NCBI GenBank assembly: GCA_964536885.1
Contig: CAZHYP010000002.1
Span: 1 to 33,654, forward strand
Length of the DNA: 33,654 nucleotides
Direction of reading: 5' to 3'
Source of the DNA: an uncultured Gammaproteobacteria bacterium
GTDB lineage: Bacteria; Patescibacteriota; Patescibacteriia; Patescibacteriales; UBA12465
Within the stretch, counting starts at the first letter, position 1. Each line of letters starts with the position of its first letter. This document shows positions 32,741 through 33,654 of this stretch, in pieces. The translations under genes were made by a program, and so were the position numbers. Under the pieces are notes generated by a model, which did not search any database, was not told the origin of the DNA, and was given only the letters and a program-made list of their open reading frames with translations.

Positions 32741-32935
32741 ATGAAAAATAATATTAAAGAACTTCGAGCTAAATTAAATATTACTCAAGACGATCTTGCT
32801 CAACTAGCTGGCGTGCGACGAGAAACCATTGTTTTTTTGGAGCAAGGAAAATATAATCCGTCGCTTAATTTAGCGCACAGCGTAGCCAAAGCGCTGAAAA
32901 CCACTATTGATGATTTATTTGATTTTGAAGATTAA
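32741..32935 (+). CDS. XRE-family HTH transcriptional regulator (y4mF/YozG-like)
   Basis: [57 protein letters not shown]. Alternative start at 32729. Confidence 0.85.
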   Translation: MKNNIKELRAKLNITQDDLAQLAGVRRETIVFLEQGKYNPSLNLAHSVAKALKTTIDDLFDFED

Positions 32936-32960
32936 AAAAAGAAGCTCGAAAGAGCTTCTT

Positions 32961-33353
32961 TTAGTTTAGTATTTCTATCCAGCCGAGTTTAAGCCATAGC
33001 ATAATTTCGTTGTAACACTGAACTTCTGGGGCTGGCAGATGAGCAATTATTAATTTTATATTTTGACCACTAACTAATTTTTGGGCGAGACCAAAACCTA
33101 ATTCGGCAAAAGTTTCAGCTCCAATATAACCACTGACGCCATTTTTTTCTTCGTTAGCAATAAATAAAATATCAGCTCGAGTTATATCTTTAAAGAAACT
33201 GGTATGAACATTTGGATATAGCTTTTCAAAGTTTTCACTCGGTATTTGCTTGGGAAAATTTAAAACTTCGCAGTCAGGTTGATTGCTCCAATACTGAACC
33301 CACTGATTAATTTCCGTTTGTAATTTGGCACTACCAGCAATAACTATTTTCAT
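32961..33353 (-). CDS. nucleoside 2-deoxyribosyltransferase-like superfamily protein
   Basis: 130 aa. MKIVIAGS...ADILFIAN..KNGVSGYIGAETFAELGFGLA pattern recalls this Rossmann-like family. Weak call. Confidence 0.35.
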   Translation of the reverse strand: MKIVIAGSAKLQTEINQWVQYWSNQPDCEVLNFPKQIPSENFEKLYPNVHTSFFKDITRADILFIANEEKNGVSGYIGAETFAELGFGLAQKLVSGQNIKLIIAHLPAPEVQCYNEIMLWLKLGWIEILN

Positions 33354-33363
33354 TTGAGTAGAA

Positions 33364-33585
33364 TTATCCTAAATAATCTTTTTTAATATTATTTTTATAA
33401 GCTTGTTGGGCTGCTTCTTCTTCAAAACGTTTTTTCGTCGCTGCTTTTGCATCATCTAAATAATCTTTGTGAGGATTGTAATGTTTGGTCCGGTCAAGAC
33501 GAGCATCTTTTTTCTTTTGCTGTTTTTTTATGGAAACTAAACTAACAATGGCGATGATTAAAAATATTAAAAGAGTAAGTTCCAT
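33364..33585 (-). CDS. hypothetical small N-terminally anchored protein
   Basis: 73 aa. One N-terminal TM helix (LTLLIFLIIAIVSLVSI), then a Lys-rich charged tail. Confidence 0.3.
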   Translation of the reverse strand: MELTLLIFLIIAIVSLVSIKKQQKKKDARLDRTKHYNPHKDYLDDAKAATKKRFEEEAAQQAYKNNIKKDYLG

Positions 33586-33599
33586 AAAATTAAAGTGTT

Positions 33600-33654
33600 T
33601 GGCGGAGGAGAAGGGATTCGAACCCTTGATACCTTGTGACAGGTATACCGCGTT
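33600..33654 (-). tRNA. class II tRNA, probably tRNA-Ser (3' part only, truncated by the window edge)
   Basis: Reverse complement ends ...long variable arm-AAGGG-TTCGAAT-CCCTT-CTCCTCC-G-CCA. Discriminator G plus the long arm favour Ser. The anticodon lies outside the window. Confidence 0.65.

Noticed and set aside
1-33654. CRISPR arrays, transposases, integrases, reverse transcriptases (DGR/retron) and rRNA genes.
   Set aside because: I found no regularly spaced direct repeats and no ORFs with the corresponding motifs on either strand. The only repeat families seen are the trxB-upstream palindromes, the island-flanking terminator duplicate and the intragenic SMC repeats.
1-33654. Alternative genetic code (UGA recoding, as in some CPR lineages).
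   Set aside because: Standard-code translation gives full-length proteins with intact C-terminal motifs for all conserved genes, so no recoding is needed.

Overview
AT-rich, gene-dense bacterial window with short or overlapping gene junctions, many intrinsic terminators and 9 tRNA genes (one truncated at the 3' edge). The gene content suggests a small-genome CPR/Patescibacteria-like organism; this is inference only and is not verifiable here. Content includes yidD-yidC, bactofilin, trxB, lgt, lspA, ppsA, smc, rplS, tsaE, yraN, an archaeal-type cmk and a RodZ-like protein. The standard genetic code gives intact ORFs throughout. Five things stand out. (1) Six paralogous small two-helix VirB2/TrbC-like pilin genes sit in tandem at 14385-16926, with a seventh copy at 19039-19440, and no type IV secretion machinery occurs anywhere in the window. 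(2) A 4.3-kb very AT-rich island (25504-29813) lies directly downstream of tRNA-Val and is bracketed by a duplicated terminator sequence. It carries a tightly packed three-gene operon: C5 DNA methyltransferase, restriction endonuclease (HpaII-like) and a 720-aa PrrC/RloC-like (AAA_13-type) ABC ATPase with a degenerate Walker A. (3) The SMC protein has canonical heads and full-length arms but no recognisable hinge domain, and each arm carries a recent internal duplication. (4) Three copies of a perfect 16-bp palindrome lie upstream of the trxB promoter. (5) A promoter-to-terminator unit of about 105 nt with no credible ORF (small RNA or leader candidate) lies at 31989-32127. A compositionally foreign lipoprotein gene and a glycosyltransferase/hydrolase cluster are also noted. 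All family calls rest on motif recognition by eye; no searches were run.
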